DNA of 64,000 nt from positions 2,656-66,655 of the forward strand of contig JBGVPF010000078.1 of the NCBI GenBank assembly GCA_045126825.1, given 5' to 3'. Positions 21,597 through 33,871 of this stretch are shown piece by piece (within the stretch, counting starts at the first letter, position 1; every line of letters begins with the position of its first letter). The position numbers and the translations under genes were made by a program. This stretch comes from Alloprevotella sp. Lineage in GTDB: Bacteria; Bacteroidota; Bacteroidia; Bacteroidales; Bacteroidaceae. The notes under the pieces were generated by a model. That model had not been told where the DNA came from, searched no databases, and was given only the letters and a program-made list of their open reading frames with translations.

Positions 21597-23750
21597 TTAT
21601 TCAGCGTCTTTCTGTTCGTTTTCAGCAATGAGCTTGCTCTGGATGTCGCCAGGAACGAGTTCGTACGAAGCAAACTTCATGATGAACGAAGCGCGACCGC
21701 CTGTGATAGAACTCAAGGTAGTTGAGTAGGTTGACATTTCCTTCAAGGGCACCTTTGCCTGAAGCTTTTCATAACCATTTTCAGAGTTCATACCCACGAT
21801 CATACCGCGGCGTCCCTGAAGGTCACTCATCACGTCACCCATCTTGTCGGCGGGCACGAATACTTCAACGTCGTAGATGGGTTCGAGAATCTTCGGACCT
21901 GCTTCGCGGAATGCCTGACTGAAGGCGTTGCGACCAGCGAGCATGAACGAGAGTTCGTTAGAATCTACGGGGTGCATCTTACCGTCGTAAACCACTACGC
22001 GCACGTCACGAGCATAACTACCTGTGAGCGGACCCTGTTCCATACGGCTCATGATACCCTTAAGAATTGCGGGCATGAAGCGTGCGTCGATAGCACCACC
22101 CACAACGCTGTTGATGAATACCAACTTACCGCCCCATTCAAGGTCAATTTCTTCCTTACCCTTGATGTTCACGCGGATTTCCTGACCGCCGAAGGTGTAA
22201 GCTGTTGGGTCGGGCATACCGTCCTGATAGGGTTCAACGATGAGGTGCACTTCACCAAACTGACCAGCACCACCCGACTGCTTCTTGTGGCGGTAGTCGG
22301 CACGCGCGGCCTTTGTGATAGTTTCACGATAGGGGATGCGCTGCTGGTAGAACTCAATCTGAATCTTATCAATGTTTTCAAGGCGCCACTTGAGGGTACG
22401 CAAGTGGAATTCTCCCTGACCGTGTACGAGAATCTGACGCAACTCCTTGCTCTGTTCTACTTCCCAAGTGGGGTCTTCCTGACGCATGCGAGTGAGGGCA
22501 GCCATCATCTTTTCAGTATCTGCTTCGTTCACGGCACGGATGGCGCGTGTGTACTTCGCATTGGGATACTTAATGAAGTTGAAGCGGTGCTCACAATCCT
22601 TTGCGTTGAGCGTATTGCCTGTGCGCACGTCCTTAAGTTTTACCGAGCAACCGATATCGCCGGCAGAGAGTTGTTCTACCTTCTCACGGTTAGCACCCGA
22701 GCACACGAAGAGCTGTGACATACGTTCCTTCGAACCGCGATCGGCATTCGTAAGGTCGTCGCCTTCCTTAAGCACACCGCTCATCACCTTGAAGTACTGC
22801 ACTTCGCCGATGTGAGGTTCTACGCCAGTCTTGAAGAAATATACAGATGTGGGAGCGTCGGGAAGGGGTTTCACTTCTTCACCACGAGTGTTGTAAACGG
22901 CGGGCATTTCGTCAACGTGAGGCACTACATTGCCGAGGAACTCCATCAAGCGACCTACACCCATATCCTTGCCTGCGCATACGCAGAACACGGGGAAGAT
23001 AGAGCGTGTCACCATACCCTTGCGGATACCTTCGCGCATTTCATCTTCAGTGAGGTATTCTGTTTCGAAGAACTTTTCCATCAACGCTTCATCGTTTTCA
23101 GCCGCAGCTTCCACGAGCGCCTTGTGCAATTCTTCCGCCTTCGCCTTTTCGCTTTCGGGGATATCTTCAATTGTGGGTTCGCCACCCTCTGCTGCCCAAG
23201 TCAACTTCTTCATCAAGATGATGTCAATAAGCGAGTTGAAGTTAGCACCGGGATTCAAGGGGTACTGAACGGGCACAACCTTTGAACCATAAATTGTCTG
23301 CAAGTCCTCAAGAATTTGGTCGTAATCACACTTGTCGTCATCAAGCTGATTTACGAGGAAAATAACGGGCTTCTGCAACTTTTCTGTGTAACGGAAGTGG
23401 TTTTGAGTTCCTACTTCAGGACCAAACTGTCCGTTAATAAGCAACACAGCCGTGTCAGTCACGTTAAGCGCTGTCAATGCTGCACCCACAAAGTCATCAC
23501 TACCGGGGCAGTCAATGATATTCAACTTTTTGCCTTTCCATTCTGTGTGGAACACTGTTGAGAACACGGAGTAACCGTAATCGTGCTCAACTGGGAAGTA
23601 GTCACTCACTGTATTCTTTTGAGTGATACGTCCGCGGCGACTGATTTGACCACTATGATAAAGCAACGACTCTGTCAAAGTGGTCTTACCCGATCCATCA
23701 TTACCAAGCAGGGCAATGTTCTTGATTTCTTGAGAATTGTAAACTTTCAT
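21597..23750 (-). CDS. fusA2: Elongation factor G-like protein EF-G2
   Basis: EF-G domains (KKQSGGAGQFGEV, MHPVDS, ILEP) with a degenerate G domain (GNDGSGKT, DCPGSDDF, NQLD). Confidence 0.92.
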   Translation of the reverse strand: MKVYNSQEIKNIALLGNDGSGKTTLTESLLYHSGQISRRGRITQKNTVSDYFPVEHDYGYSVFSTVFHTEWKGKKLNIIDCPGSDDFVGAALTALNVTDTAVLLINGQFGPEVGTQNHFRYTEKLQKPVIFLVNQLDDDKCDYDQILEDLQTIYGSKVVPVQYPLNPGANFNSLIDIILMKKLTWAAEGGEPTIEDIPESEKAKAEELHKALVEAAAENDEALMEKFFETEYLTEDEMREGIRKGMVTRSIFPVFCVCAGKDMGVGRLMEFLGNVVPHVDEMPAVYNTRGEEVKPLPDAPTSVYFFKTGVEPHIGEVQYFKVMSGVLKEGDDLTNADRGSKERMSQLFVCSGANREKVEQLSAGDIGCSVKLKDVRTGNTLNAKDCEHRFNFIKYPNAKYTRAIRAVNEADTEKMMAALTRMRQEDPTWEVEQSKELRQILVHGQGEFHLRTLKWRLENIDKIQIEFYQQRIPYRETITKAARADYRHKKQSGGAGQFGEVHLIVEPYQDGMPDPTAYTFGGQEIRVNIKGKEEIDLEWGGKLVFINSVVGGAIDARFMPAILKGIMSRMEQGPLTGSYARDVRVVVYDGKMHPVDSNELSFMLAGRNAFSQAFREAGPKILEPIYDVEVFVPADKMGDVMSDLQGRRGMIVGMNSENGYEKLQAKVPLKEMSTYSTTLSSITGGRASFIMKFASYELVPGDIQSKLIAENEQKDAE

Positions 23751-23900
23751 GGTATTCTACTTTTTACAATTGTTAGGTTAGTAAATCTTGGATTCTGTTT
23801 TCAAGGTAGAGATAGCGTTACTCAATTCCCCAAAAACGAGCGCAAGTTATGAAAAATATTTTATAAGGCAAAAAGATGTGAATATGTTGTTTAACATAAA

Positions 23901-24145
23901 CGGCGGAGGCTACGCCTGCGGATGCTACGCCTGACAACGGTCAACAGACAACGGTCAACGGGGGAGGCTACGCTTGACAACAGTCAACAGTCAACGGACA
24001 ACGGCGGAGGCTACGCCTGACAACAGACAACGGTCAACGGACTACCATCGGAATGACGACTGTTGTCTGTTGACCGTTGTCTGTTGTCTGTTGACTATTG
24101 TCCGTTGTCTGTTGACCGTTGTCCGTTGACTGTTGACTGTTGACC
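23901..24145. repeat. Convergent 7-bp arrays (GACAACG/GTCAACA versus TGTTGAC/CGTTGTC) with interspersed GGCTACGCC mini-hairpins
   Basis: Forward array 23933-24040, reverse array 24060-24144; same heptamer family as at 10768-10797. Confidence 0.9.
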
Positions 24146-24168
24146 ATCCGAAAGGATGAGGGCCGCTC

Positions 24169-25686
24169 CTAATAAGGGAGTTCTCCAGAGGGTGCGGGTG
24201 GAAGGTCAAGGGGATGGACGTCGTGGGCGGAGGGAGTAAGGTGGGTAGAGATGGACGAGGTGATTTCTTCTCCTGGGAGGGGTATATAGTTGTCGGCATC
24301 TCTATCCTGGAAACGGGTGAATTGTCCCTTGAACGAAAGGAGCACATCGCCAACAGCGCCATTACGATGTTTAGCAATGATGATTTCGGCCATGCCGCGC
24401 AAGTCACGACCATTAGAGTCGGTATAGATTTTATAATACTCTGGTCTATGAATGAAGCACACCATATCGGCATCTTGCTCAATGGCACCAGATTCACGAA
24501 GGTCGCTCAACTGCGGGCGCTTATCGCCTTCGGTGCGGTTTTCTACACCACGATTCAACTGTGAGAGCGCCAGGATGGGGATGCTGAGTTCTTTAGCAAG
24601 ACCCTTGAGCGCACGGGAGATGGTTGACACTTCTTCTTGACGACTCCCATAGTTCATCCCTGAAGCATTCATCAACTGCAGGTAGTCAATCATGATAATC
24701 TTTACACCATGTTCGCGTACGAGTCTTCTTGCTTTTGTAAGGAGTTCGAAGACGGAGAGCGAGGGTGTGTCGTCCAAAAAGAGAGGTTTTCCGTAAAGTT
24801 GCTTCATACGTCCATCCAGGCGTTGCCACTCCTCGGGACGCAGTTGTCCGGTTTTAAGTTTGTCGGACTCAATCTCAGTAACGTTTGAAATGACACGATT
24901 CATGAGTTGGACGTTCGACATTTCAAGAGAGAAGAACGCAAGGGGGATGCCCTGGTCAATGGCAATATTTTTGGCCATACTGAGCGCGAATGCCGTTTTA
25001 CCCATGGCGGGACGAGCAGCAAGGATTACAAGGTCGGAAGCTTGCCATCCTGATGTCATTTTGTCAAGGTCTCTATAACCTGTAGAAATCCCCGAGAGAC
25101 CATCGCTCTTTTCTGACGCTTTTTTGAGCATGGTATATGCATCATTGATGACGGGATCAATCTGCGTATAGTCCTTTTTCAAACTTTGCTGACTTAGCGA
25201 GAAGAGTCCGCCTTCAGCTTCCTGCATAAGTTCATCAACATCCTGTGTGGGGTCAAAGGCCTTCGTCTGAATATTGCTGGTGTAGGTGATAAGTTGCCGA
25301 GCAAGTGACTTTTGCGCAATGATTCGAGCGTGGTAGACAATGTGGGCTGACGATGACACCATCCCCGAAAGTTGTGTTACATAATAGCGACCGCCAGCCT
25401 CTTCAAGCACACCCATACGCTCCAATTCATCAACGACGGTTAGAATGTCCGAAGGTTTCTGATAGATATTCAAGCGACTGATGGCTTCGTAGATATGTTT
25501 ATGTCGGGGGTCGTAGAAACTCTCAGCCTTGAGTATCTCAGACACTTGAGAATAGGCTTCTGACTCTATGAGAAGAGCTCCGATGACTGCTTGCTCCAGT
25601 TCGGGGGCTTGAGGCTGAAGATGTCCAAAGTTTTCAAGTTCAGATTTTGGTTTTGCCTTCTGGCGGCGTTGGGTATTTTGCTGCAT
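24169..25686 (-). CDS. dnaB: Replicative DNA helicase
   Basis: AARPAMGKT, IDYLQLM, SQLNR, DLRESGAIEQDAD; no intein. Confidence 0.97.
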   Translation of the reverse strand: MQQNTQRRQKAKPKSELENFGHLQPQAPELEQAVIGALLIESEAYSQVSEILKAESFYDPRHKHIYEAISRLNIYQKPSDILTVVDELERMGVLEEAGGRYYVTQLSGMVSSSAHIVYHARIIAQKSLARQLITYTSNIQTKAFDPTQDVDELMQEAEGGLFSLSQQSLKKDYTQIDPVINDAYTMLKKASEKSDGLSGISTGYRDLDKMTSGWQASDLVILAARPAMGKTAFALSMAKNIAIDQGIPLAFFSLEMSNVQLMNRVISNVTEIESDKLKTGQLRPEEWQRLDGRMKQLYGKPLFLDDTPSLSVFELLTKARRLVREHGVKIIMIDYLQLMNASGMNYGSRQEEVSTISRALKGLAKELSIPILALSQLNRGVENRTEGDKRPQLSDLRESGAIEQDADMVCFIHRPEYYKIYTDSNGRDLRGMAEIIIAKHRNGAVGDVLLSFKGQFTRFQDRDADNYIPLPGEEITSSISTHLTPSAHDVHPLDLPPAPSGELPY

Positions 25687-25791
25687 GGGTTGACGGGTTG
25701 AAGGTTTGAGTTGATGAAAATTCTTGGCAATAATATAGGTGTTACTTGCGTGACCTTTGGTTGTCTACGAAAACTCGTTTGTTTTATTTCG

Positions 25792-25899
25792 AACCACTAA
25801 TCAACACTAATTTTCACTCTAAACCATCTGGTCTTAAATGCACCGCAAGGCATTGACTTGCGCGACCTTCGGTTAGTGAAAATTAGTGTCCATTAGTGG
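25792..25899. repeat. Opposed ~9-10-bp repeats (CACTAAT.. / ..ATTAGTG) with a 20-bp insert at 25855-25874
   Basis: CCACTAATCAACACTAATTTTCACT versus CATT[insert]AGTGAAAATTAGTGTCCATTAGTGG. Confidence 0.8.
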
Positions 25900-26017
25900 C
25901 TACAATAATAAGTGCACAACGTCTTTTGCATAAGGATTATTTGTGGACATCTGCTATATTATTACTATTTTTTTTGGAAAATCTAACAGGGATTTTTACG
26001 GCATCCCCACCACGGGA

Positions 26018-27454
26018 TTACTCGAAAGTGCGGAGTTCATAACAACCCATGCTGGGGTGGTTTGAGCGTGGCGTGCCTAATCGGTCAAAGGGATAATATC
26101 TTGACGAATAGTTAGGGTCTGCCGTCCCTACAGCCATTGATTTCTCATCAAGATAGAAGGTGTAATAGAGACGATCGAGGTCGAAAGGCGGGGCGAAATT
26201 GTCGGCACGCGACACGGGGTTTGTATCCGTGTCCCAAATGCAATTCACGATTTCCGGACTTTCGTATGCTGGCGTGTTAAGCAAGCAGTGGGTAAAGGTA
26301 TAGTTAAAGACAGCGTTTTCCCCTTGATTGTTGCCCATAATTTCGTCTGAAGCGTATCCAGTAATGATGCTATTGACCACAAACAAACGATGGAGCGGAT
26401 GAACCGTAACGCCATCATAGTTAGAGAATGAAAGGGCTACTCCTCTACCCGCATGGAATGGGTAGAACTGTCCGATGGTGGTATGTACAACCTCTACGTC
26501 GCCACCAAGAATATGCAGACAATTTCCACCAGCATTGGTAAGTTGAGAATTCCCAACGAACGCCTTTCCATTAATAAGCGTAAGGAGATTGCCACTCATA
26601 TTATGAATAACAGAATTTTCTACGCGTAACTTTTCGATGTCACACCGACTACTATCGCAACGTATTCCGAAATCACCGCTATGAATGTCTACGTAATTGA
26701 AGATATTTCCAAAACTTTGAGCACAAATACGGATGCCTCCCCATTGTCCAGGAATGTGGTCGTATGACTGATTGGTGAACATATTTCCAAGGCGATCACC
26801 ACGGAATACAATATTGTCGGCCACACTTCCCTGTGCATTTACACTCCCATAAACAATAAGCGTGGCCTCGGGATGGAAAAGTAGTTGGGCACCCGCTTCA
26901 ATATTCAAGTGCGCCCCTTCATGCACCACAAGACTGTCCATGATTTGATAGGGTCGCTTGGCGGTCAGTGTGAAATCTTCGTACAAGTTACAACCTTCAA
27001 GTTTAATGACATCTAATCCATGAATCTCAAGGGGGAGCTCTTGTATGATACCACTTTCTAACTGAAACAATAATTTATCTGTGTATCCTATTGGAGTATC
27101 AGAATCAGCAGAAGGGGGTAAAGCATTTACAAAGATGCGCAGACTATCTCCCGAACGCACTTCAAAGTCACTTGCTACGCCTTGATGCAGCGCTGTACCA
27201 TCAAAGTTTGCACGAAAAATACTCTGCTCGCCATTCAAAAGCGATACAGACGCTATTCGTAGTGCCGACTTGTTTGTATTGTAAACCAGCAATGTTCGCG
27301 TATGTGCTAACTCTCCCGAAATTAGGGTGTCAAGATCTACTGTATCGACAGAGAAAGTAAGCACATCTTTGGGTGAAGAGGAATATTCTTCATCACTCAA
27401 GCAAGAACTGAATGCTGCAAAGGTGATGACGAGAAATGGAATGAAGAAACGCAT
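26018..27454 (-). CDS. Conserved Bacteroidetes lipoprotein with Ig-like and beta-helix regions
   Basis: Lipobox FSSC, FSVDTVDLDT, FRGDRL..PGQWGGI. Start trimmed to MRFFIPF. Confidence 0.75.
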   Translation of the reverse strand: MRFFIPFLVITFAAFSSCLSDEEYSSSPKDVLTFSVDTVDLDTLISGELAHTRTLLVYNTNKSALRIASVSLLNGEQSIFRANFDGTALHQGVASDFEVRSGDSLRIFVNALPPSADSDTPIGYTDKLLFQLESGIIQELPLEIHGLDVIKLEGCNLYEDFTLTAKRPYQIMDSLVVHEGAHLNIEAGAQLLFHPEATLIVYGSVNAQGSVADNIVFRGDRLGNMFTNQSYDHIPGQWGGIRICAQSFGNIFNYVDIHSGDFGIRCDSSRCDIEKLRVENSVIHNMSGNLLTLINGKAFVGNSQLTNAGGNCLHILGGDVEVVHTTIGQFYPFHAGRGVALSFSNYDGVTVHPLHRLFVVNSIITGYASDEIMGNNQGENAVFNYTFTHCLLNTPAYESPEIVNCIWDTDTNPVSRADNFAPPFDLDRLYYTFYLDEKSMAVGTADPNYSSRYYPFDRLGTPRSNHPSMGCYELRTFE

Positions 27455-27491
27455 GTAGAAAATAAAGAAGGATGATAAATCTTTAAGGTAC

Positions 27492-29126
27492 TTACAAATG
27501 TTGTAACGGCGCATTTCGGCGAATAGTGCTCTTTAATTCCGTACCCTTACGCTTGGGGCGCCATTCATAAATATCGTCTTTATGTTGAGGGCGCACATAA
27601 TCAAACCAAGTAAAGTTTTCCAACACGGTATGCTCCTTGGGCGCCATTCCTATGCCATAAAATTGACCAGTTGACGCAGGTGTCCAAATTCGCTGTAGCT
27701 TGCGCTCTTCGAGTGACATTTTCAACTTGGCGGTTTCCATATACAATTGGTAGAGCACCACACTATCCTTCTCCATAGGGAATTGAATCACACGCACATT
27801 TCCATCCACAAAATTTTCGTGCATCTCACCATCTTTGAAATAGCTGCGCATCTCGTGACCACTCACTTGATTATAGTGTACACTATCAACTTGTTCAACA
27901 AGCAATGCCTGACGACTGACATATACGCTATCAATTGTTTGCTCATTAAAGTTCACATCTATCTGCTCACCAAGGATTTGTCGATTATCACTCCAAACGA
28001 TGGGGTCGCGGTGAAGGGTTAGGCAGCGCGTAGCACTATTAAAAGTGAGACTATCACACACTGCTTGAATATCCTTTCTATAAGCTCTTACATGGAAATA
28101 AGCATCAACTTGGCGCATCACGGAATCTGTGTTTAGATTGTATGTAGTGAGGCGAATGGTATCAGCATGCATATACAAAGTGTCTGATCCAGATGAATAG
28201 TCCATTACCAATGCTTTATCATAACACAAAGCATGCCCTGAAAGTTCATTATACCACACGTAATCTCCACGGAGGATATTTTTGTTTAATTGGTCGTGAT
28301 AATCAATATTCTTGTAGGCAAACATGTCTCCCGACAACTTATCATAAACAATACTATCTCCCATCATCACTCGATTTTTTCCTGAAATCACAGAGCGCTG
28401 ATAGAGTTTCGCGAATTCTCGTTCTGTATTGTAGTACCCTAATTCGGTATAGATATGGTTTTCACCATTGTGAATATTCGAAGGTCCTATTACTTTTGCC
28501 CACTTCGTGTCTGTATTGTATTTTAGCGTGTCGCTGTAAATCGTAAACGCCTCCCCTTTCAAAGTAACATCATAAAAGAAGTGAGCATCCTTTGTTTCTG
28601 TAAAATATTCCCCGAAGTCAGACGTCAAATTATTCGTTGCGTCAACAAGCGTCCCCCCCTCAAAGAAATAGCCAACAGAAAGAAGTCGATCATAATTTAA
28701 ACTATCTGTATACAACATCTGGGAATTGTGCGTCAACACCACGTTGTAGCGCATCTGTGCGAGCAAACTTTCACCATCATAATAGAGAGAGTCACCAACA
28801 AGTGTCAACGTATCCCCTTGGTTTATGCGCACATTGCCTACTGCTTCAAATGAATTGGTATTTGTGTAATAAATTGCACTATCACAATACATATCAAACG
28901 TGCCATGACTAAACTTCACATTACCACTCAAACGATGTGCGCCAGGAAATAAATAGTCGTTAAACTCCATATTGTCAGCATGTTCGATATTAATCCTCTC
29001 TTTATTTTGCTGTTCATGAGTTTCAACTGAACGATGAGACGAATACGCAGAAGTTTGGACAAGACTCCAAGCAAAAATTAGGAGTCCTGACCAAACTACA
29101 TATTTACGATTTCTAAACAAATTCAA
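27492..29126 (-). CDS. OstA-like (LptA/LptD N-domain) protein
   Basis: Repeated DS motifs (CDSAIY, GDSLYY, TDSLNY, CDSLTF); typical position after PPIase genes. Confidence 0.85.
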   Translation of the reverse strand: MNLFRNRKYVVWSGLLIFAWSLVQTSAYSSHRSVETHEQQNKERINIEHADNMEFNDYLFPGAHRLSGNVKFSHGTFDMYCDSAIYYTNTNSFEAVGNVRINQGDTLTLVGDSLYYDGESLLAQMRYNVVLTHNSQMLYTDSLNYDRLLSVGYFFEGGTLVDATNNLTSDFGEYFTETKDAHFFYDVTLKGEAFTIYSDTLKYNTDTKWAKVIGPSNIHNGENHIYTELGYYNTEREFAKLYQRSVISGKNRVMMGDSIVYDKLSGDMFAYKNIDYHDQLNKNILRGDYVWYNELSGHALCYDKALVMDYSSGSDTLYMHADTIRLTTYNLNTDSVMRQVDAYFHVRAYRKDIQAVCDSLTFNSATRCLTLHRDPIVWSDNRQILGEQIDVNFNEQTIDSVYVSRQALLVEQVDSVHYNQVSGHEMRSYFKDGEMHENFVDGNVRVIQFPMEKDSVVLYQLYMETAKLKMSLEERKLQRIWTPASTGQFYGIGMAPKEHTVLENFTWFDYVRPQHKDDIYEWRPKRKGTELKSTIRRNAPLQHL

Positions 29127-29211
29127 AACAATAAGTTTAAACTAATTATACAAAAATCAGCAATGATGATGATGATTACTTTAGCAGGTCTTGGAAACCT
29201 AGGCTATATTG

Positions 29212-30561
29212 CTATTTCACCCAATTGGGAAATTCAAAGTTGCAATTACGCCATTCAGGATTTATACGTACAAAAGTAGACTTTTGCTTTTCCTCAATCC
29301 ATTTTTTACGCATATCAGCACTTCTCTTTGACTGAACCAAATCTTTTAACACCTGGAAGTCTTCTGTCATATTGGCTCTATGAGCATCTATTCTGCTTCT
29401 TAGTTTCACAATAGCACAAACGTCCTGTCCTTGATTGTTCTTATATATGAAAGCTTTTGAAATTTCTCCTACTTTCATAGTCTCAACCTGACGAGCAATC
29501 TCAGTAGGGAGATCTTTCATAGCAAATTTAGAAGTTACTTTGTTACTTGCTGGATCGGAATTAACCATGATGCCATGATTATTACGTGTATCCTTGTCAT
29601 CTGACAATTCCACGGCACCCGCTTCAAAAGTAAATGTACCACGATTAATATCGACAGCAATAGAATCCAAACGCTCAAGTTCAGCTGTATAAACACTATC
29701 AGAAATCTCTGGTTTCAAAAGAATGTGTCGGAAATTAGCTTTGTCACCCTTTTTATCAATTAACTGAATAATATGGTAACCAAATTCCGTTTTTACAATC
29801 TTTGATACTTTTTTGGGGTCGTTAAGCGAAAATGCAACATTTGAGAACTCCGGGACAAACTGATTTCTACCACTATATCCTAATTCTCCGCCTAAGCGTG
29901 CTGAACCTGGATCTTGTGAATAAATTTTTGCTAAAGTTGAGAATTCTGTTTCTCCTTCGTTAACACGTCTTGCAAATTCTCTTAACTTTTCTTCTATACG
30001 CTCTACTTCAATGCGAGTTGGTCGTGGGTGCGTGGTGATAATCTGCACTTCTACTTGAGTGGGAATAAGTGGCAAACTATCTTCTGGCAATTTACTAAAA
30101 TGCGCACGCACCTCTGCTGGGGTAATTTTTATATTCCCAAAGAGTTTACGTTCAATCTGCTGAATCATAGAACGTTGACGAGATGTTTTCTTAAGTTTTT
30201 CACGCAACTGAGGAATCGTCAGATGGAAATGTCTTTCGACGTTTTCTCTACTTCCCAAGTTTTGTACGAAAAAGTTAATGCGCTCGTTTGCCTCCTTTAG
30301 CACATTTGCTTCACTCACCTCAATAGAGTCCAACTCAGCCTGATGAAGAAACAACTTCTGTATAGCTAATTGCTCAGGAATCGTACAATAAGGGTTCTCA
30401 TATGGAGTGCCTTCCATTTCGGATGATAAGCGAGTTTCTTCAACGTCAGAAAGAAGAATCGGGTCATCACCGACAATCCAAATCACCTCATCAACAACAT
30501 TAATTTGTGCATATCCATGCAATGTTAATGCAGAGAGAATCGTAAGTAATATACGTTTCAT
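29212..30561 (-). CDS. SurA-like parvulin PPIase
   Basis: VVDEVIWIVG, SQDPGSARLGGELG, KTEFGYHII. Confidence 0.9.
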   Translation of the reverse strand: MKRILLTILSALTLHGYAQINVVDEVIWIVGDDPILLSDVEETRLSSEMEGTPYENPYCTIPEQLAIQKLFLHQAELDSIEVSEANVLKEANERINFFVQNLGSRENVERHFHLTIPQLREKLKKTSRQRSMIQQIERKLFGNIKITPAEVRAHFSKLPEDSLPLIPTQVEVQIITTHPRPTRIEVERIEEKLREFARRVNEGETEFSTLAKIYSQDPGSARLGGELGYSGRNQFVPEFSNVAFSLNDPKKVSKIVKTEFGYHIIQLIDKKGDKANFRHILLKPEISDSVYTAELERLDSIAVDINRGTFTFEAGAVELSDDKDTRNNHGIMVNSDPASNKVTSKFAMKDLPTEIARQVETMKVGEISKAFIYKNNQGQDVCAIVKLRSRIDAHRANMTEDFQVLKDLVQSKRSADMRKKWIEEKQKSTFVRINPEWRNCNFEFPNWVK

Positions 30562-30569
30562 ATTAAATT

Positions 30570-31988
30570 CTATTTCAAAGAATTAAGTACATCATCAGAA
30601 ATGACAACTTTAAATTTCTTACGTAAGTTTTCAACCCATATTTTTTCCACCCACTGTGTATAATCAGCAATGACTTGCGCCTTGACGTCAAAATAGGTTG
30701 TAGGTTGTTTCTTTAATTTGCCCACGACGTCAAACATGGTATACTTTCTAAGAGGTTCAACCTTTGCACCCTTAAATTGTATGGCGTCAATAAACTTATT
30801 TTCTCCCTTTTTACACAAATATGGTCCTTGCACTAAACAAACAACACTATCCTTATTTATCTCTTCACGAATTACCTTGCGCCAATCCTTGTCAGCATTC
30901 TTTTTAAGGAGTTTTTTTGTGCGCTTCATGACTTTCTTATCTCTGGCATGAATTACAAAACCATCAAATTTAGGTTCTTCCCAAGAATAATCTTTCTTGT
31001 TTAACTTAAAATATCTTTCAAGTTCAAGAGTGTCTGTCGCTGCTTTATTCCAAACCTTTGTTGATGCTACTTCATAAAGTAAAAGTCCGTCATAATATTC
31101 ATTAACGAGATATTGCAATTCAGGATTTTTCTCAACCCCCTTTTGAAGTAATTGCAGCATCACGTCTTCTCGGCTTAAACCTCCATTTGAAGCATCAACC
31201 ATTTTCTTTATTGCTGCTTCTGCTGAAGCCTCTTCGATTCCTTGTTGCTTTAGAACGGATATAATTTCGTTGCGCAAATCATCATAAGATTCCAGTTGTT
31301 TTCTTTCTTTCATTAAAATAATATGATAACCAACTGGCGACAAAATCGGAGTTCCTACCTGACCAGGTTGTAGAGCATATGCCGCATCTTCAAATTCTTT
31401 GATAGTATTCCCAGGACCAATCCAAGGAAGTAACCCACCATTTTTTGCTGACCCTAAGTCCTCGCTAAACTGTTGAGCCAAAGTGGCAAAATCTGCGCCT
31501 GCTACAATAGCACTATAGATTGAATCAGCACGTTGCTTGATAATATTACGTTCTGCTTCACTAGTTTTTGCTTTAACCATGAGCAATATATGTGCAGGGC
31601 GTATTAGGTCTGCTCCATTTAGGTATCTCTTAACATCCGCATATTGTAGTCGCGCTATCGAATCAATATAAGCAGAATCAACCATCAAAGGAGTTAATTG
31701 CATGTCGCGATATTGACGAAACTCATTGATAAACGAACTCAATGTATCAAGACGAAGCGATTCAGCTTCTGCGACTTTCAACTTGTAATCAATATACATT
31801 TGAACATACTCATCTAATGACTTATGCTCAACTGCACCTTCAACGCTATTGTTTTTATTATAAGAATATTCAAATTCTGCTTTAGTAATTTTCTTTCCGT
31901 TCACTTCCATTAAAACTGGATTAGAATTCTGTGCATTCACAGAAAGTAAAACTGCTAAAAGAGAAGTCAGCACCGATATTTTTTTCAT
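30570..31988 (-). CDS. Parvulin-type PPIase
   Basis: AHILL, FATLAQQFSED, GGLLPW, SPVGYHII. Confidence 0.9.
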   Translation of the reverse strand: MKKISVLTSLLAVLLSVNAQNSNPVLMEVNGKKITKAEFEYSYNKNNSVEGAVEHKSLDEYVQMYIDYKLKVAEAESLRLDTLSSFINEFRQYRDMQLTPLMVDSAYIDSIARLQYADVKRYLNGADLIRPAHILLMVKAKTSEAERNIIKQRADSIYSAIVAGADFATLAQQFSEDLGSAKNGGLLPWIGPGNTIKEFEDAAYALQPGQVGTPILSPVGYHIILMKERKQLESYDDLRNEIISVLKQQGIEEASAEAAIKKMVDASNGGLSREDVMLQLLQKGVEKNPELQYLVNEYYDGLLLYEVASTKVWNKAATDTLELERYFKLNKKDYSWEEPKFDGFVIHARDKKVMKRTKKLLKKNADKDWRKVIREEINKDSVVCLVQGPYLCKKGENKFIDAIQFKGAKVEPLRKYTMFDVVGKLKKQPTTYFDVKAQVIADYTQWVEKIWVENLRKKFKVVISDDVLNSLK

Positions 31989-32016
31989 AAATAGAATTAA
32001 TAATTAAAGAGCAAAT

Positions 32017-32074
32017 GTGTAACTATGAAAGTTTCATATGACTTGTTGCACCTTAAAACTTTCGTAGTTACACA
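32017..32074. terminator. Long hairpin between guaB and the PPIase gene
   Basis: GTGTAACTATGAAAGTTT..AAACTTTCGTAGTTACAC. Confidence 0.55.
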
Positions 32075-32099
32075 TTACCTATAAATCACTTAAAACATA

Positions 32100-33659
<1,560 letters not shown>

Positions 33660-33871
33660 TTACAAATAAATCTCTACCCAACAAACATTCATTTTCTTCT
33701 TTTTCTTCTTACTGATATTTTTTTTACAACATCTTATTAAATGGATCTACTGTTTATCGTGAATATACTGATCATCAAATCTTGTGTTCCTCTAATAAAT
33801 ATTTAATAAATTGAAAGAGTGTCTATCTAAATTTTCTTAATTTTGCATTAAATTTTACTCAATCACTAAAA

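Noticed and set aside
24042-24497. 151-aa minus-strand ORF with TVNRQ repeats
   Set aside because: Alternative frame of dnaB running into the heptamer array.
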